From: an uncultured Gammaproteobacteria bacterium
GTDB lineage: Bacteria; Patescibacteriota; Patescibacteriia; UBA1558; S5-K13
Reading direction: 5' to 3'
Length of the DNA stretch: 64,000 nt
Assembly: GCA_964640635.1 (NCBI GenBank)
Contig: CAZXFD010000003.1
Coordinates: forward strand, 1,149 to 65,148
Shown here in pieces: positions 28,992 through 39,292 of this stretch. Position 1 is the stretch's first letter; each line of letters starts with the position of its first letter. The position numbers were made by a program, and so were the translations under genes. The notes beneath the pieces were generated by a model that saw only the letters and a list, made by a program, of their open reading frames with translations, was not told where the DNA came from and searched no databases.

Positions 28992-30290
28992 TTATTTCAT
29001 TAGAATAATTTTTTTAAAAGATGAAAGCCTTCCATGTGTCATCTTATAAAAATAGACTCCGTCGGCAACCAACATATTAGCGTCATTGGTTCCATTCCAA
29101 ATCACACCGTAGGTTCCAGATGATTTTGTTTCTGAAACTAAGGTCTTTATTTTCTGACCTCTAATGTTGTAGATTTCTAGTTTTACATTTTCAGTCTTGG
29201 GAAGTGAAAATGAAATTTTGGTTTCCCCACTAAATGGGTTCGGATAATTACTCATAACAATACCTGGTGAAACCATATTATCATCGATAGCTACGCTTTG
29301 AAGATCTAATGTAATAAAATATCCATAGTCATCAGAATGTTCAAATAATGCTATTAATTTATTACCCGTAATGAACATACTTTTTGCTATATCTCCATAC
29401 GAAGAACCGTACACCGTTTGCCAACCCACTCCAGTAGTATTTATATCATACCTAGCAACTCCAGTACCCATAGCAAAATATATAGAGTTTCCGTTTTTTT
29501 CAAAAAACATTGGAGCAAGATAATGTGTGGGCATATGAACCAAAAGCTCTTGGCTAAAATCAGTACTCTGATTTATTTTGATAAGGTTAAATGCTCCCCA
29601 ACCATAGGGTGGAGTCAAATTTTCTTTTGCAATAATATAAATTCCAAATTCATCATTAATAACCTTGTTTATCTCTGAGTATTGTCCATATCCATAAGAG
29701 ATAATTGGCACTGAATAATACTCAAGATTATCAAAAATAGAAATCTGAGCTGCCATATCACCATTGCCAAGAACTTCATACCCACCACATACCAATTTAA
29801 GTGGTGCTTCCAGATTTATATCAAAACAGCTTATATTATCTACAGTATTGTTTTGACTACAAAACTGGTTTCCCTCTTCGAAATTATATGAAGTTACTCC
29901 AATAACTCCAGAAGAAAACAACACATACATGGAGCTATCATTGCATTTTTTGACTTGTTTAATGGGCGTATAAAGATCATAATAACCAAGGCTATCCTGA
30001 TCAAGATAAATATAAGTATTGGCCTCTGTTATGATCCCAACCCTTTCTTCATCAAACATTACTATCTGTTTATAAATAAGGGTATCTGGCAAGTCAATAG
30101 TTTCTGAAATGAATATCGTCCCTGTCTCCAGCGTGAATTTCAATAATTTGACATCAGTAGAGTCAGTAACGCCCCAAAAAACATTCCCATCTACAGAATC
30201 CATGCACGACATGTTTACATCATACCGATTCTGAGCATAAACAAGTATTGCGATCACAACGATCACAACAAGTAAAAAGATCTTCTTCAT
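28992..30290 (-). CDS. secreted beta-propeller-like protein with C-terminal T9SS type-A sorting domain (Por_Secre_tail)
   Basis: Signal peptide. The C-terminus (NYPNPFSGETKISFSLP..VKLEIYNIRGQKIKTLV...GVYFYKM...KKIILMK) is the hallmark NYPNPF CTD. Confidence 0.65.
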   Translation of the reverse strand: MKKIFLLVVIVVIAILVYAQNRYDVNMSCMDSVDGNVFWGVTDSTDVKLLKFTLETGTIFISETIDLPDTLIYKQIVMFDEERVGIITEANTYIYLDQDSLGYYDLYTPIKQVKKCNDSSMYVLFSSGVIGVTSYNFEEGNQFCSQNNTVDNISCFDINLEAPLKLVCGGYEVLGNGDMAAQISIFDNLEYYSVPIISYGYGQYSEINKVINDEFGIYIIAKENLTPPYGWGAFNLIKINQSTDFSQELLVHMPTHYLAPMFFEKNGNSIYFAMGTGVARYDINTTGVGWQTVYGSSYGDIAKSMFITGNKLIALFEHSDDYGYFITLDLQSVAIDDNMVSPGIVMSNYPNPFSGETKISFSLPKTENVKLEIYNIRGQKIKTLVSETKSSGTYGVIWNGTNDANMLVADGVYFYKMTHGRLSSFKKIILMK

Positions 30291-30417
30291 TTTCTCCTCC
30301 TAAGGATTATGTTTTCAAAGATATATTAGTATTACAACAATAAAAAAACTTTGTCAATAGCTCCCTAAACATAAAAAGTCTCCCGTATTTAATATAAAAC
30401 CCTTATTCCTTGATAAT

Positions 30418-30840
30418 TTAAAAAATAGATATTATAGAAGCGCCAGCTAAAACCAATATAATACCAATTATTTTTAACAAAGAAATATCTGAATTGAATA
30501 AGAGGGGCGCAAGTAATGCTATCAAAATGATCTGAGTTGCTTTTAAGGCACCTGCATATCCTGGATTAGGAGCGCTTTTTACAGCGGAAACATCCAAATA
30601 ATTTCCAAATACTGCAAATGCAGAGGCCAACACTAAAAACAGTATGACACTTAATCCTATATTTATCTTTGATTTATTGATTACATTCCAAATAACAAAA
30701 CCTGTAAATGTAATTCCAAATATAAACATATTAAGTACAAGTGGAGGCACATTCATTAAAAACAACTTTTTTATGACAAGTGTCATACCAGTAAAACATA
30801 CCGCCGATCCAAATGCATACATTACCCAGCTTGATATCAT
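30418..30840 (-). CDS. small 4-TM membrane protein (EamA/SMR-like half-transporter)
   Basis: Hydrophobicity pattern only. Confidence 0.4.
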   Translation of the reverse strand: MISSWVMYAFGSAVCFTGMTLVIKKLFLMNVPPLVLNMFIFGITFTGFVIWNVINKSKINIGLSVILFLVLASAFAVFGNYLDVSAVKSAPNPGYAGALKATQIILIALLAPLLFNSDISLLKIIGIILVLAGASIISIF

Positions 30841-30863
30841 ATTTTTTTATTTAATATTAATAA

Positions 30864-31349
30864 TTATTTTATCTGTGCAAAAATTACTACATAATTCTTT
30901 CCATAAGCTTTTGCACATTTTGGACATGCTGTATAGAAAAAATATAACTTTTTGACTTCCTTATCTCTGCTTTTCACATATTGCCTCATCTCTTGTATCC
31001 ATTTCCCCATATTTTGATATGACCCCTCAAAAACTTTTGTCAAAAATGTACCACCTAACTTTGTCATTTGTGCACCAGGAACATCCTTTGCAACATCGAT
31101 ATAAATGTCGGATCCAAATAAGGATTTTTCATCAAAAAGCATTAGTTGATGCTCTGCGCTTGCACCTGCTTTTTCTATTAACTTTGTGTTTTTGACAATC
31201 TTTGCTCCAATATTAATTGGAATATGAAAAAAATTAAGAATACCGTCTTTTACAAAAAGCTTGTCTTGCCAAAGAGTTTCTTTATTATCCCATGATTCTG
31301 GATCAAATGGCTCACAACAACCGGTTGATTTTATTATTTGTTCATTCAT
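30864..31349 (-). CDS. hypothetical protein with CC..CPKC cysteines
   Basis: 161-aa intact ORF. Confidence 0.4.
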   Translation of the reverse strand: MNEQIIKSTGCCEPFDPESWDNKETLWQDKLFVKDGILNFFHIPINIGAKIVKNTKLIEKAGASAEHQLMLFDEKSLFGSDIYIDVAKDVPGAQMTKLGGTFLTKVFEGSYQNMGKWIQEMRQYVKSRDKEVKKLYFFYTACPKCAKAYGKNYVVIFAQIK

Positions 31350-31407
31350 AATTTTGTTTCTTCTAAATTTGTTGGTAAAATATATATCTTATTTTAATTG
31401 GTTAAAA

Positions 31408-31830
31408 CTACTTAATCCATTCATATAACCCCCTACCGCTTGCAATAGTTCCTATTTGTCTAGCCAATCCCTTGTCTACTAGTTTTTTCCAAAGATTCTC
31501 AGCTGATTCAGAAATATGAATATCTGATCTCAGTGGTTTATCAAGGGAGTCTACCAACTTTTTATAAACCTCTTCTCCAATACCTTGACCCCTCATGTCT
31601 TCTTCTATAGTAATAAAACCAATACTATAATAATCACCACAATCTTTATAAGACATAAAACCAATTTTTTTACCATCTAATAAAATAGATCTTGTATTTT
31701 TTAAGTGATCAAATTTTCTTCCTGCTAAAATAATATCCCCCGTTTTTTCTTTGGTATGTATAAGCTCAACTCTATTTTCTAAACTTTTTTTATTCTGTGG
31801 TTTTGGAAATTCTTCTATCATGATTTTCAT
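31408..31830 (-). CDS. GNAT-family N-acetyltransferase
   Basis: Motif A: MRGQGIGEEVYKKLV. Confidence 0.7.
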   Translation of the reverse strand: MKIMIEEFPKPQNKKSLENRVELIHTKEKTGDIILAGRKFDHLKNTRSILLDGKKIGFMSYKDCGDYYSIGFITIEEDMRGQGIGEEVYKKLVDSLDKPLRSDIHISESAENLWKKLVDKGLARQIGTIASGRGLYEWIK

Positions 31831-31836
31831 TATTAA

Positions 31837-32778
31837 TTATTTATCTACAGACGAACAAAAATCTTTTAATATTGAAATATCTTCTTTCGTTAACATCCTA
31901 TTTAACTCTGTGCTTATTGGATACATCATCGATTCTTGACTATCTGAGTGACCTAATCCTATCGCATGCCCCAATTCGTGAGCCAAAACCCTTACCAATG
32001 CACTATAATCGTCAAATTGATAAATATCAATTTTTTCCTCTCCGTCTGAAGTTGACTCATACAAGCCATCTTCGAAATTACTTGGTAATTTATCACCCAC
32101 CATATTATACTCCCCAACATTCATATTCAATGATTCACCCAAGCCATTTAGTGCTGACACTAGAGCATTTAAATTGCTAGTTTTTGTATTTAAAGTATTT
32201 TGTATTTGATTTATTGAGCTACTTTGTGAATTGAGATATAGTCTTTGTTTTTCAAGAGCATTGTATACTTCTTGTGTTGCACCATTTTTGGAATTCCAAT
32301 ATTTAACTTCTTTTTCGTATTTATCTTTTTGAATTTTAAAGTTACTAATTATCAAATTAAGGCTTGCCAAGTCTCTATCATATTCAGATTTAAGCGCATT
32401 GTATTTTGCTTGCATCAAGTCATATGAAGCTTTGTTATTTTTTACATCAAGACCCAAATCTTCTAGTCTTTTTGTTGCTTCTTGACGAATGTCATATACA
32501 AGATTTATTTTCAAATTTCCATTTTCAGAATACTCAAACAAATCTCTACCAATCCCATCTTCCCATATTTTTTCTGCATCATTTATTGCCGACAAAAATT
32601 CATCATTTGATATACCAAATTTTCCATCAACAGAGCCTAGTGTATAAGTAATAACTTTTTCACACGGAGCATTATTAATATTTATTCTAGATGACAAAAT
32701 TTCTATATTGTTTTTTATAATATAAACATTTAATCCTACTATTGCTATAACTAATATTATTTTTAATGCTTTACCCAT
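31837..32778 (-). CDS. membrane-anchored metzincin (M10 matrixin-like) zinc metalloprotease
   Basis: HELGHAIGLGHS (HExxHxxGxxH) followed by a Met-turn (SMMYP); N-terminal TM helix and coiled-coil region. Confidence 0.7.
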   Translation of the reverse strand: MGKALKIILVIAIVGLNVYIIKNNIEILSSRININNAPCEKVITYTLGSVDGKFGISNDEFLSAINDAEKIWEDGIGRDLFEYSENGNLKINLVYDIRQEATKRLEDLGLDVKNNKASYDLMQAKYNALKSEYDRDLASLNLIISNFKIQKDKYEKEVKYWNSKNGATQEVYNALEKQRLYLNSQSSSINQIQNTLNTKTSNLNALVSALNGLGESLNMNVGEYNMVGDKLPSNFEDGLYESTSDGEEKIDIYQFDDYSALVRVLAHELGHAIGLGHSDSQESMMYPISTELNRMLTKEDISILKDFCSSVDK

Positions 32779-32798
32779 GTTTTATTTATTAAAAAATA

Positions 32799-33506
32799 TT
32801 ATCTATCAACTCTCACGTCATACAACCAAATTTTTTCTGGTTGAGATAACATATATACTACTACATCTGCCAAATCCTTGGGACTAGTAAACTCGTCTGT
32901 TTTAAAGTCTTCTCCCGTTTTTTCAAACATTTTTGTATCAACTCCACCCTGATACAAACCCGCAACCCTAACTCCTGCATCTTTTAACTCTAATTGCAAT
33001 ACTTCTGTAAATCCCCTTACTCCATATTTGGAAGCTGTATAAACCGATTGACCCTCTTGAGCCATTATTCCTGATTTTGAAACAATATTAATAATTGCTG
33101 ATTCTTTGTTTTTCTTTAATATTGGAATTAATAGTCTTGTAGTATTAATAAGTGCTACAAGATTTGTGCCAATTACCTCATCAACAACATCTTTACTAAT
33201 TTCCTCTGCTTTCATAAGCTTTTGCCAAATCCCTGCATCATTTATCAAAATGTTAACATTTCCAAAATCAGTAATTATATTATTTATAATTTTTTCTAGC
33301 ATTTCACTATCACATATATCACAAACATAAATCATCACTTTTTTTGCACCTAGCTTTTCTGATTCAAGTGCAACGGCTTCAAGTCGCCCTTTATCTCTTC
33401 CAATAAGTGCCAAGTTAGTGTTTTCTTTTGCTAGACGATATGTAATTTCTTTACCAAGTCCATCGCTAGCACCTGTAATTATAATTGTTTTATTTTGTAA
33501 ATTCAT
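32799..33506 (-). CDS. SDR-family short-chain dehydrogenase/reductase
   Basis: TGASDGLGKE (TGxxxGxG) and YTASKYGVRG (YxxxK). Confidence 0.85.
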   Translation of the reverse strand: MNLQNKTIIITGASDGLGKEITYRLAKENTNLALIGRDKGRLEAVALESEKLGAKKVMIYVCDICDSEMLEKIINNIITDFGNVNILINDAGIWQKLMKAEEISKDVVDEVIGTNLVALINTTRLLIPILKKNKESAIINIVSKSGIMAQEGQSVYTASKYGVRGFTEVLQLELKDAGVRVAGLYQGGVDTKMFEKTGEDFKTDEFTSPKDLADVVVYMLSQPEKIWLYDVRVDR

Positions 33507-33546
33507 AAAATTTATTTTAAATAATTATCTATATTTTTTTATATTT

Positions 33547-34185
33547 TTATTTCGTGTAATGACAATACAATAATTCAACAAATCTAGTAGCAATATAATC
33601 TATATCCTCCAGAGAAGATGCGCTATTGTGTTCTCTCAAATTTATACTACCAATAATTTTATCTGAGAAAGCTCCTTCTTTTAATACATAATGATCGTCA
33701 TAATCACTTCCATGCTGTAATTCTAGGTTACCATCTATAATCATCATTTCTGGAACACCAACACCATCATTTTTTAGCTCACCTAAAATATTTTTATTTA
33801 CCCTAAATCCATGATGAACATACCTTTTCACAAATAATTTAATTGCTTTTACAAATTCTTCTGGATGTAATTCAAAATAGCCCGGACTAGCCAACAAATT
33901 CTCCCGAGACCTTTCTAAAAATACACCGACATTAGTATCTTTTTTCTTGAAGCCATTATTCATTATATTTTTTACAAAACCTGTGTCTATTTTATTTTCT
34001 CCAGTCTGTATAGCACTCGATGTAATATGCACTACTGGCATAGGTGCGTTTTTTTCTGAAAGAACATGCATACATTTCAAAATATCTTCTTTCAAACTCA
34101 CATTCTTTTCTATTACTTCTCTACAAAAAACATCAATTTGCTTTTGACTCGGTTTTTCTTGATCAAATATTTTTGGTATTTCCAT
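33547..34185 (-). CDS. hypothetical protein (212 aa)
   Basis: Intact ORF with no motif. Confidence 0.4.
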   Translation of the reverse strand: MEIPKIFDQEKPSQKQIDVFCREVIEKNVSLKEDILKCMHVLSEKNAPMPVVHITSSAIQTGENKIDTGFVKNIMNNGFKKKDTNVGVFLERSRENLLASPGYFELHPEEFVKAIKLFVKRYVHHGFRVNKNILGELKNDGVGVPEMMIIDGNLELQHGSDYDDHYVLKEGAFSDKIIGSINLREHNSASSLEDIDYIATRFVELLYCHYTK

Positions 34186-34206
34186 AAATTTATCTTAAAT
34201 AATTAT

Positions 34207-35442
34207 CTATATCTTTTTCCATGAAATCTTTTTCCAGACCAAAACAAACAATAATACTTGTAAGATCGCTAATACAAGAGGTGTAATAAGCAGAGCAACG
34301 CTACTTGAAAATATATATATAAGCCCCATAAATATTAGTATACCAATAACTCTTCCTAGATCTAAGAAAATTTCACAATCAACTATTAGTGGATATTTAT
34401 CTGATTCATGACTAATCAATTCTTCATCCATGATATTCATTTGCCATGGATAAAAAACAAGCCAATAAAAGGATGGTGGCATTCCTGCCAATAATACATA
34501 AATTAATATTGTAAAATTACTATTTCCAAAAGCTAAAACACTGGCTAGTAAAACTGAAATTAAAAGCATAATAAAAAATACTTTTTCTCGATGACTATCT
34601 TTTGAAAATCTACCATAAAAATACATAAGAACAATAGAAAAAATACTTATAATAGCGCCGATTGTTCCAAGTATTCCTTCATTGCCCAAGAAGCTTAGTA
34701 TAAGTAACGTGGTAATAAGAGAGACAATTGTTTCAAAAATTCCTACAGAAAAATTTACTGCCCTTACAATATTCCATTGTTTTGAAATGTGCAGGTGCCA
34801 AATACCCTTAATTCTCGGTGTTTTAAAATCCGATTTTAAAAGCACTAATCCCGAAATAAACAAAGAAATTATTGCAAGCGCACTTACAAAAACATAGGCC
34901 ACGAATGCAGAATAAAGCTTGCTTATATCAGAAAATGCAATAATCCAACCAGCCAAAAACGAAACTATAATAGTTATTGTTGAAGCTAGTGCTGATACAA
35001 TGCTAAAAAAATATGTTCTTGTATCTGGACTCGTTTCTTGATAACTAAGATAATTTCTACTTGACCAATAAATACCATTTCCTAGTCCATAAATCATACC
35101 AAAAATAAGTAAGTTTATGACAGATGAGCCATGAAAAAATATTACTGCAGTTGCTCCAAATATAGAAAGCATATTTCCTACAAAATGGGTTTGCACCAAA
35201 CTAAATTTTCTCAAAACTTTGCCATTCATGATGAATCCAAAAGGTAATGCAAAAAAATATCCTAGACTATACACAAGGACAAGTGAAATTGACGATGTCA
35301 TTCGCCATATAAAAGCATTTATAAAAAGCGACAATATTGGCTGAGCAATCGAGCGAAGATTATATGCTATGACAAGAAGTCTCGCATTGTGAGGCAGGGT
35401 TTTGTAATGATTTAATTCTTTTTTTATTAAATGAATAAGCAT
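34207..35442 (-). CDS. MFS transporter
   Basis: 12 TM helices in a 6+6 pattern. Confidence 0.65.
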   Translation of the reverse strand: MLIHLIKKELNHYKTLPHNARLLVIAYNLRSIAQPILSLFINAFIWRMTSSISLVLVYSLGYFFALPFGFIMNGKVLRKFSLVQTHFVGNMLSIFGATAVIFFHGSSVINLLIFGMIYGLGNGIYWSSRNYLSYQETSPDTRTYFFSIVSALASTITIIVSFLAGWIIAFSDISKLYSAFVAYVFVSALAIISLFISGLVLLKSDFKTPRIKGIWHLHISKQWNIVRAVNFSVGIFETIVSLITTLLILSFLGNEGILGTIGAIISIFSIVLMYFYGRFSKDSHREKVFFIMLLISVLLASVLAFGNSNFTILIYVLLAGMPPSFYWLVFYPWQMNIMDEELISHESDKYPLIVDCEIFLDLGRVIGILIFMGLIYIFSSSVALLITPLVLAILQVLLFVLVWKKISWKKI

Positions 35443-35590
35443 TATAAATAACTAATGTTGATATTTTTATTATACACCACTAAATCAAGGGTCGACAACG
35501 CACAAGTAAAAAAATTATCCTCCATTATTGACACAGACAAAAAAAGATACTATACTAAAAAATCAATAAAAAACTGACGAGGGGGATAAC

Positions 35591-35809
35591 ATGACAAGAG
35601 AAGAACATCTTGATTGGTGCAAACAACGCGCCATTGAATATGCAGCTAGAGGAGATTTACAAGGTGCTTGGACTTCAATGGTTTCGGACTTAAACAAACA
35701 TCCAGAAACCAAAGACCATATAGCAATTAGCCTAGGATCGTCATTGTTTATGACTGGTCACCTAAGCACAATAGCTTTAATGACCAAATTCATCAAAGAT
35801 TTTAATTGA
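35591..35809 (+). CDS. hypothetical small protein (72 aa)
   Basis: SD GAGGGGG upstream. Confidence 0.45.
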   Translation: MTREEHLDWCKQRAIEYAARGDLQGAWTSMVSDLNKHPETKDHIAISLGSSLFMTGHLSTIALMTKFIKDFN

Positions 35810-35976
35810 TCATTTATACCATAAAAAATTCATTTAGTGACAATAATTCTGTTGTCACTTTTTTATTAGATAATAAAAAAGGCATCATTTATACACCTAA
35901 AAAATTAATAATTATTATCAAAAACTATTAGAACCAATGTGGGTTCAAGCGTATCTAAGTTCAATAATAACATCTT

Positions 35977-36813
35977 TTAAAGAATAATATCAAAACCATT
36001 TGAATCATAAACCCTAATAGATTTTGGTATATATAATCTAAGGGCGTCTTTTAATGTTGGGTGATCAATTCCAAGTTTTTGCGCAAATGCTGTCTCTATA
36101 CTTTGAGATATTATTTTTTCAATTTGCATAACAATATCATTTCTTTTTTTATGTTTTTCTACATAATCAAGGTTTTTATTTTCAATTGTCTTTTTCTTTT
36201 TTATAAGTTCTTCAAGTGCTGTAGTATCTGCATGATATCCAGTTTCTATTTCCAGATCACTAATTATTCTTCTAAAACGATTATCTGTATAGGCACATCC
36301 TATTTTAGCGAGATCTAGAGGTAGATTCGCAAGTGGAAAACTCAATAAATTTGTGGGCACCATAATGCCAACTATATTTTCTTTTTTCACCTCATGTCCA
36401 ATAAATGCCTCGTCCGGATATCCACTATATTGGGAGGAACCCTTATTCACTTTATATGCTGACTTTTCACTAATAACAAAACTAATTCCATTTTTAATAT
36501 AATTACCAAAACAACCAAATGTAAATGAATTATTTATTGACGGTGATTCTGCTACTGAAACACTATTTTCTAAATTATAACCGCCATAGTTCCTTGTTAA
36601 TTTTACCCCCTTAGATTGAGCTGCTTGCTCTGATAAAATACCGTTTTCTAAAATACTACGAAGTTTTGGTATATCAAAACCAATACCATGAAAAACCAAC
36701 TTTTTATCATATAATATTTCACCATATTTTAACTCATGCTCCTTCGCGTTTTTAGGGTTTGAGATTGGTTTCTCTGAAATAAATTGTGGCTTTTCTTCTA
36801 ATGATAATTTCAT
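35977..36813 (-). CDS. hypothetical protein (278 aa)
   Basis: Intact ORF with no motif. Confidence 0.4.
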   Translation of the reverse strand: MKLSLEEKPQFISEKPISNPKNAKEHELKYGEILYDKKLVFHGIGFDIPKLRSILENGILSEQAAQSKGVKLTRNYGGYNLENSVSVAESPSINNSFTFGCFGNYIKNGISFVISEKSAYKVNKGSSQYSGYPDEAFIGHEVKKENIVGIMVPTNLLSFPLANLPLDLAKIGCAYTDNRFRRIISDLEIETGYHADTTALEELIKKKKTIENKNLDYVEKHKKRNDIVMQIEKIISQSIETAFAQKLGIDHPTLKDALRLYIPKSIRVYDSNGFDIIL

Positions 36814-36834
36814 ATTTTTATTTATACTTACACC

Positions 36835-37338
36835 CTAATAATTAGTATCTAAGTATTTTTGAACATACTCAATATCAATTCGTTGGTGTTCGCCCCCTAG
36901 CTCCTTTTTGTATTCTATCAAATCACGAGGATCCATTATAAGAGCCTTAGTCCCGTTAATATTAGTAATAATGCCCTCAAATAGACGAATATCTTTGACA
37001 TTTATCCATTTACTTTGATTCAAGTTGGTCATTTTTAATGTATCAATATCTGTCATGTCTATATCCTGTCCTTTATAATTAACAGATAATGTATTACAAT
37101 CCCATTTTTCATTTAGATAATGCTTTGGTCCATCTGTAATATACTCTTTTACCTCTGAAACGATCGTATCAAAATATTTACCAGAAAGAGATATATCTAT
37201 ATCATTAACCTCTCGAGGAGATCCATAAATTTTAGCAGCAAATCCACCACCAATTTTATATGTAATATTATTTCTGTCTAAAATATCTATTATCCAACGA
37301 AGACCACTTAGAATTTTATCACCTAGATCATATTGCAT
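36835..37338 (-). CDS. nucleotidyltransferase (Lnu/ANT-like minimal NTase fold)
   Basis: IGGGFAAKIYGSPREVNDIDISL matches the hG[GS]x(9-13)DhDh motif. Confidence 0.6.
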   Translation of the reverse strand: MQYDLGDKILSGLRWIIDILDRNNITYKIGGGFAAKIYGSPREVNDIDISLSGKYFDTIVSEVKEYITDGPKHYLNEKWDCNTLSVNYKGQDIDMTDIDTLKMTNLNQSKWINVKDIRLFEGIITNINGTKALIMDPRDLIEYKKELGGEHQRIDIEYVQKYLDTNY

Positions 37339-37390
37339 AAATATTTAATTAGATTTCAAGTATATTTTATTCAACATATAAACTTTATAG

Positions 37391-39292
37391 TTAAAAAGAC
37401 CTAACAGCACGAACATAAGTCCATCTAGTGTCCTTAAGTTGGTTGGATATACTTGAAACTGTAAAATGCTTGCTCCAAGCTGAATTTACCCCACCCTCAG
37501 TAGAACTCCAGTAATAATCTGCACTAAAACCACCAATTATTACTCTATTTATATAAAGCAAAGTTAACTCATCTAGACTTGGCAAATACCAATCATCATA
37601 GCCGCCACCGTCATAAGCTCGAGCTTTGCCTGCCGCATAAGTATTATCATCAACACCATTTTGAGCAATTATTCTGTCTGTATTTGTCGCACCGCTCCCC
37701 AATGTAGTGTCAGTACCTCCTGGTACAGCAGTGGATTGATAAGCGACTTTAGCCCAAATAATACCAGCACTCTGATTAACTGTTGCAGCTATTAATCCGT
37801 GTATTTCTCCCTCCACATAACCAAGATCTCCGTCTTGAAAAATATAAGCAATCTTACCGCCTTGATATTCATCGCCAATAACCAACATAGAATTCCATTT
37901 AGCATAAAGAGTGACATCTTCTGTCCCGATAGTATAACTTGCGCCATCAGCATATCCAACGACTCCATCAGTTGTAGTGGCCCATCCTGCAAAAGTATAG
38001 CTAGTTCTAGTAAAACCGTTAGCTGTCAAATTTGTTGGTGTATTATAAATCAATGTTTGACTAGCGGTAGCACCACCATCTCCTCCATTAGTGTCAAAAG
38101 TAACAGTATAGGTGTTGATTGTCCACTTGGCGTAAAGAGTGACATCTTCCGTTCCGATAGTATAACTTGCGCCATCAGCATATCCAACAACTCCATCAGT
38201 TGTTGTTGCCCAACCAGCAAAAGTATACCCTGTTTTCGTAAACCCATTTGCCGTCAAAGACGTTGGTGTATTATAAATCAATGTTTGACTAGCGGTAGCA
38301 CCACCATCTCCAGAATTAACATCAAAGGTTATGGTATAGGTATTTATTACGAATATAGCAGAGGCAAATTTATTACTTGTAACAGAAGTGTCTGTTCTTT
38401 CTGCTGTTAGAATACCATCACTCCAGCCAACAAAACTATAGCCAGCATCTGGCACAGCAATAACAGTAGAGCCACTACTACCACTATTTATGGTTTGAGA
38501 AGTATTACCAGAAATTGTTCCTCCAGTACTAGCGGTATAGACAAGAGAATAACGAGTAACAGTAGCTCCACTAGGAATAAATGTGAAAGGATTATAAAGC
38601 AAGTTAACACCACAAGCAACTTTAATATTTTCTACATTAGATTTATTTATCACTCCAATACCATTATTAACATAACAAGTTTGATTTATATAATTTGATT
38701 TAACTGTTATGTTATAGCTTGCGCCATCTGTTAATAACGTAATAAATTTAAAATTACTATTATCACCCAGATTAATAGCTAAATCATCTTTGCCATTGTT
38801 TTGCAAGACAACTGACCCAACAATACCAGTTATGCTACCTCCTATAGTATAATATTCATCTTTGATATTTCGATTAGATTTATTTTTGATTTTATCTGTT
38901 GGTAGACTATTATCGACCTTGTTTTCTAATGACTTGGAAATTGCTGGTAATAAATTCAATATATTATTTACTACATTTCTAGTAATAGAACCGAAATATC
39001 CCGCAGCTGGAGTAATTTTGTTGGCTTTTTGAAATTTTATAAGAGCATTTCTTGTAGATAGTCCAAAAAATGTTGTTTCTTTCCCCAACGAACCAAAACC
39101 AGATTTGTTTAAGACAAATCCATTATTATTCAAGAACTTTTGTAATTCTTTGACATCATTATTTATGTTACCTGTTTGCAGATTTTTATTAAAAACAAAA
39201 GTATCGCTAGCCTGAACTGATTGGATTAAAATAAAAAATAGCGCAAAAACAATTGTAATTGTAAGCGCTAGTAGCTTTTGCTTTTTAAACAT
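37391..39292 (-). CDS. secreted protein: peptidoglycan-binding domain + Listeria-Bacteroides (InlB B-type) repeats + C-terminal DUF1566 (Lcl-like) domain
   Basis: PG_binding_1-like segment (LQKFLNNNGF..GLSTRNALIKFQ), 2-3 repeats of YT(I/V)TFD.NGGDGGATASQTLIYNTPT.LTANGFT.TGYTFAGWATTTDG, and C-terminal DWYLPSLDEL...YYWSSTE. Confidence 0.7.
   Translation of the reverse strand: MFKKQKLLALTITIVFALFFILIQSVQASDTFVFNKNLQTGNINNDVKELQKFLNNNGFVLNKSGFGSLGKETTFFGLSTRNALIKFQKANKITPAAGYFGSITRNVVNNILNLLPAISKSLENKVDNSLPTDKIKNKSNRNIKDEYYTIGGSITGIVGSVVLQNNGKDDLAINLGDNSNFKFITLLTDGASYNITVKSNYINQTCYVNNGIGVINKSNVENIKVACGVNLLYNPFTFIPSGATVTRYSLVYTASTGGTISGNTSQTINSGSSGSTVIAVPDAGYSFVGWSDGILTAERTDTSVTSNKFASAIFVINTYTITFDVNSGDGGATASQTLIYNTPTSLTANGFTKTGYTFAGWATTTDGVVGYADGASYTIGTEDVTLYAKWTINTYTVTFDTNGGDGGATASQTLIYNTPTNLTANGFTRTSYTFAGWATTTDGVVGYADGASYTIGTEDVTLYAKWNSMLVIGDEYQGGKIAYIFQDGDLGYVEGEIHGLIAATVNQSAGIIWAKVAYQSTAVPGGTDTTLGSGATNTDRIIAQNGVDDNTYAAGKARAYDGGGYDDWYLPSLDELTLLYINRVIIGGFSADYYWSSTEGGVNSAWSKHFTVSSISNQLKDTRWTYVRAVRSF
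37903..38360. repeat. two tandem about 225-bp near-identical coding repeats (B-repeat modules)
   Basis: gcgtaaagagtgacatcttc(c/t)gt(t/c)ccgatagtataacttgcgccatcagcatatccaac... recurs with about 88% identity. Confidence 0.8.

Noticed and set aside
37799-38410. 203-aa plus-strand ORF
   Set aside because: Antisense within the 633-aa surface-protein gene; long only because of the repeated, stop-poor repeat sequence.
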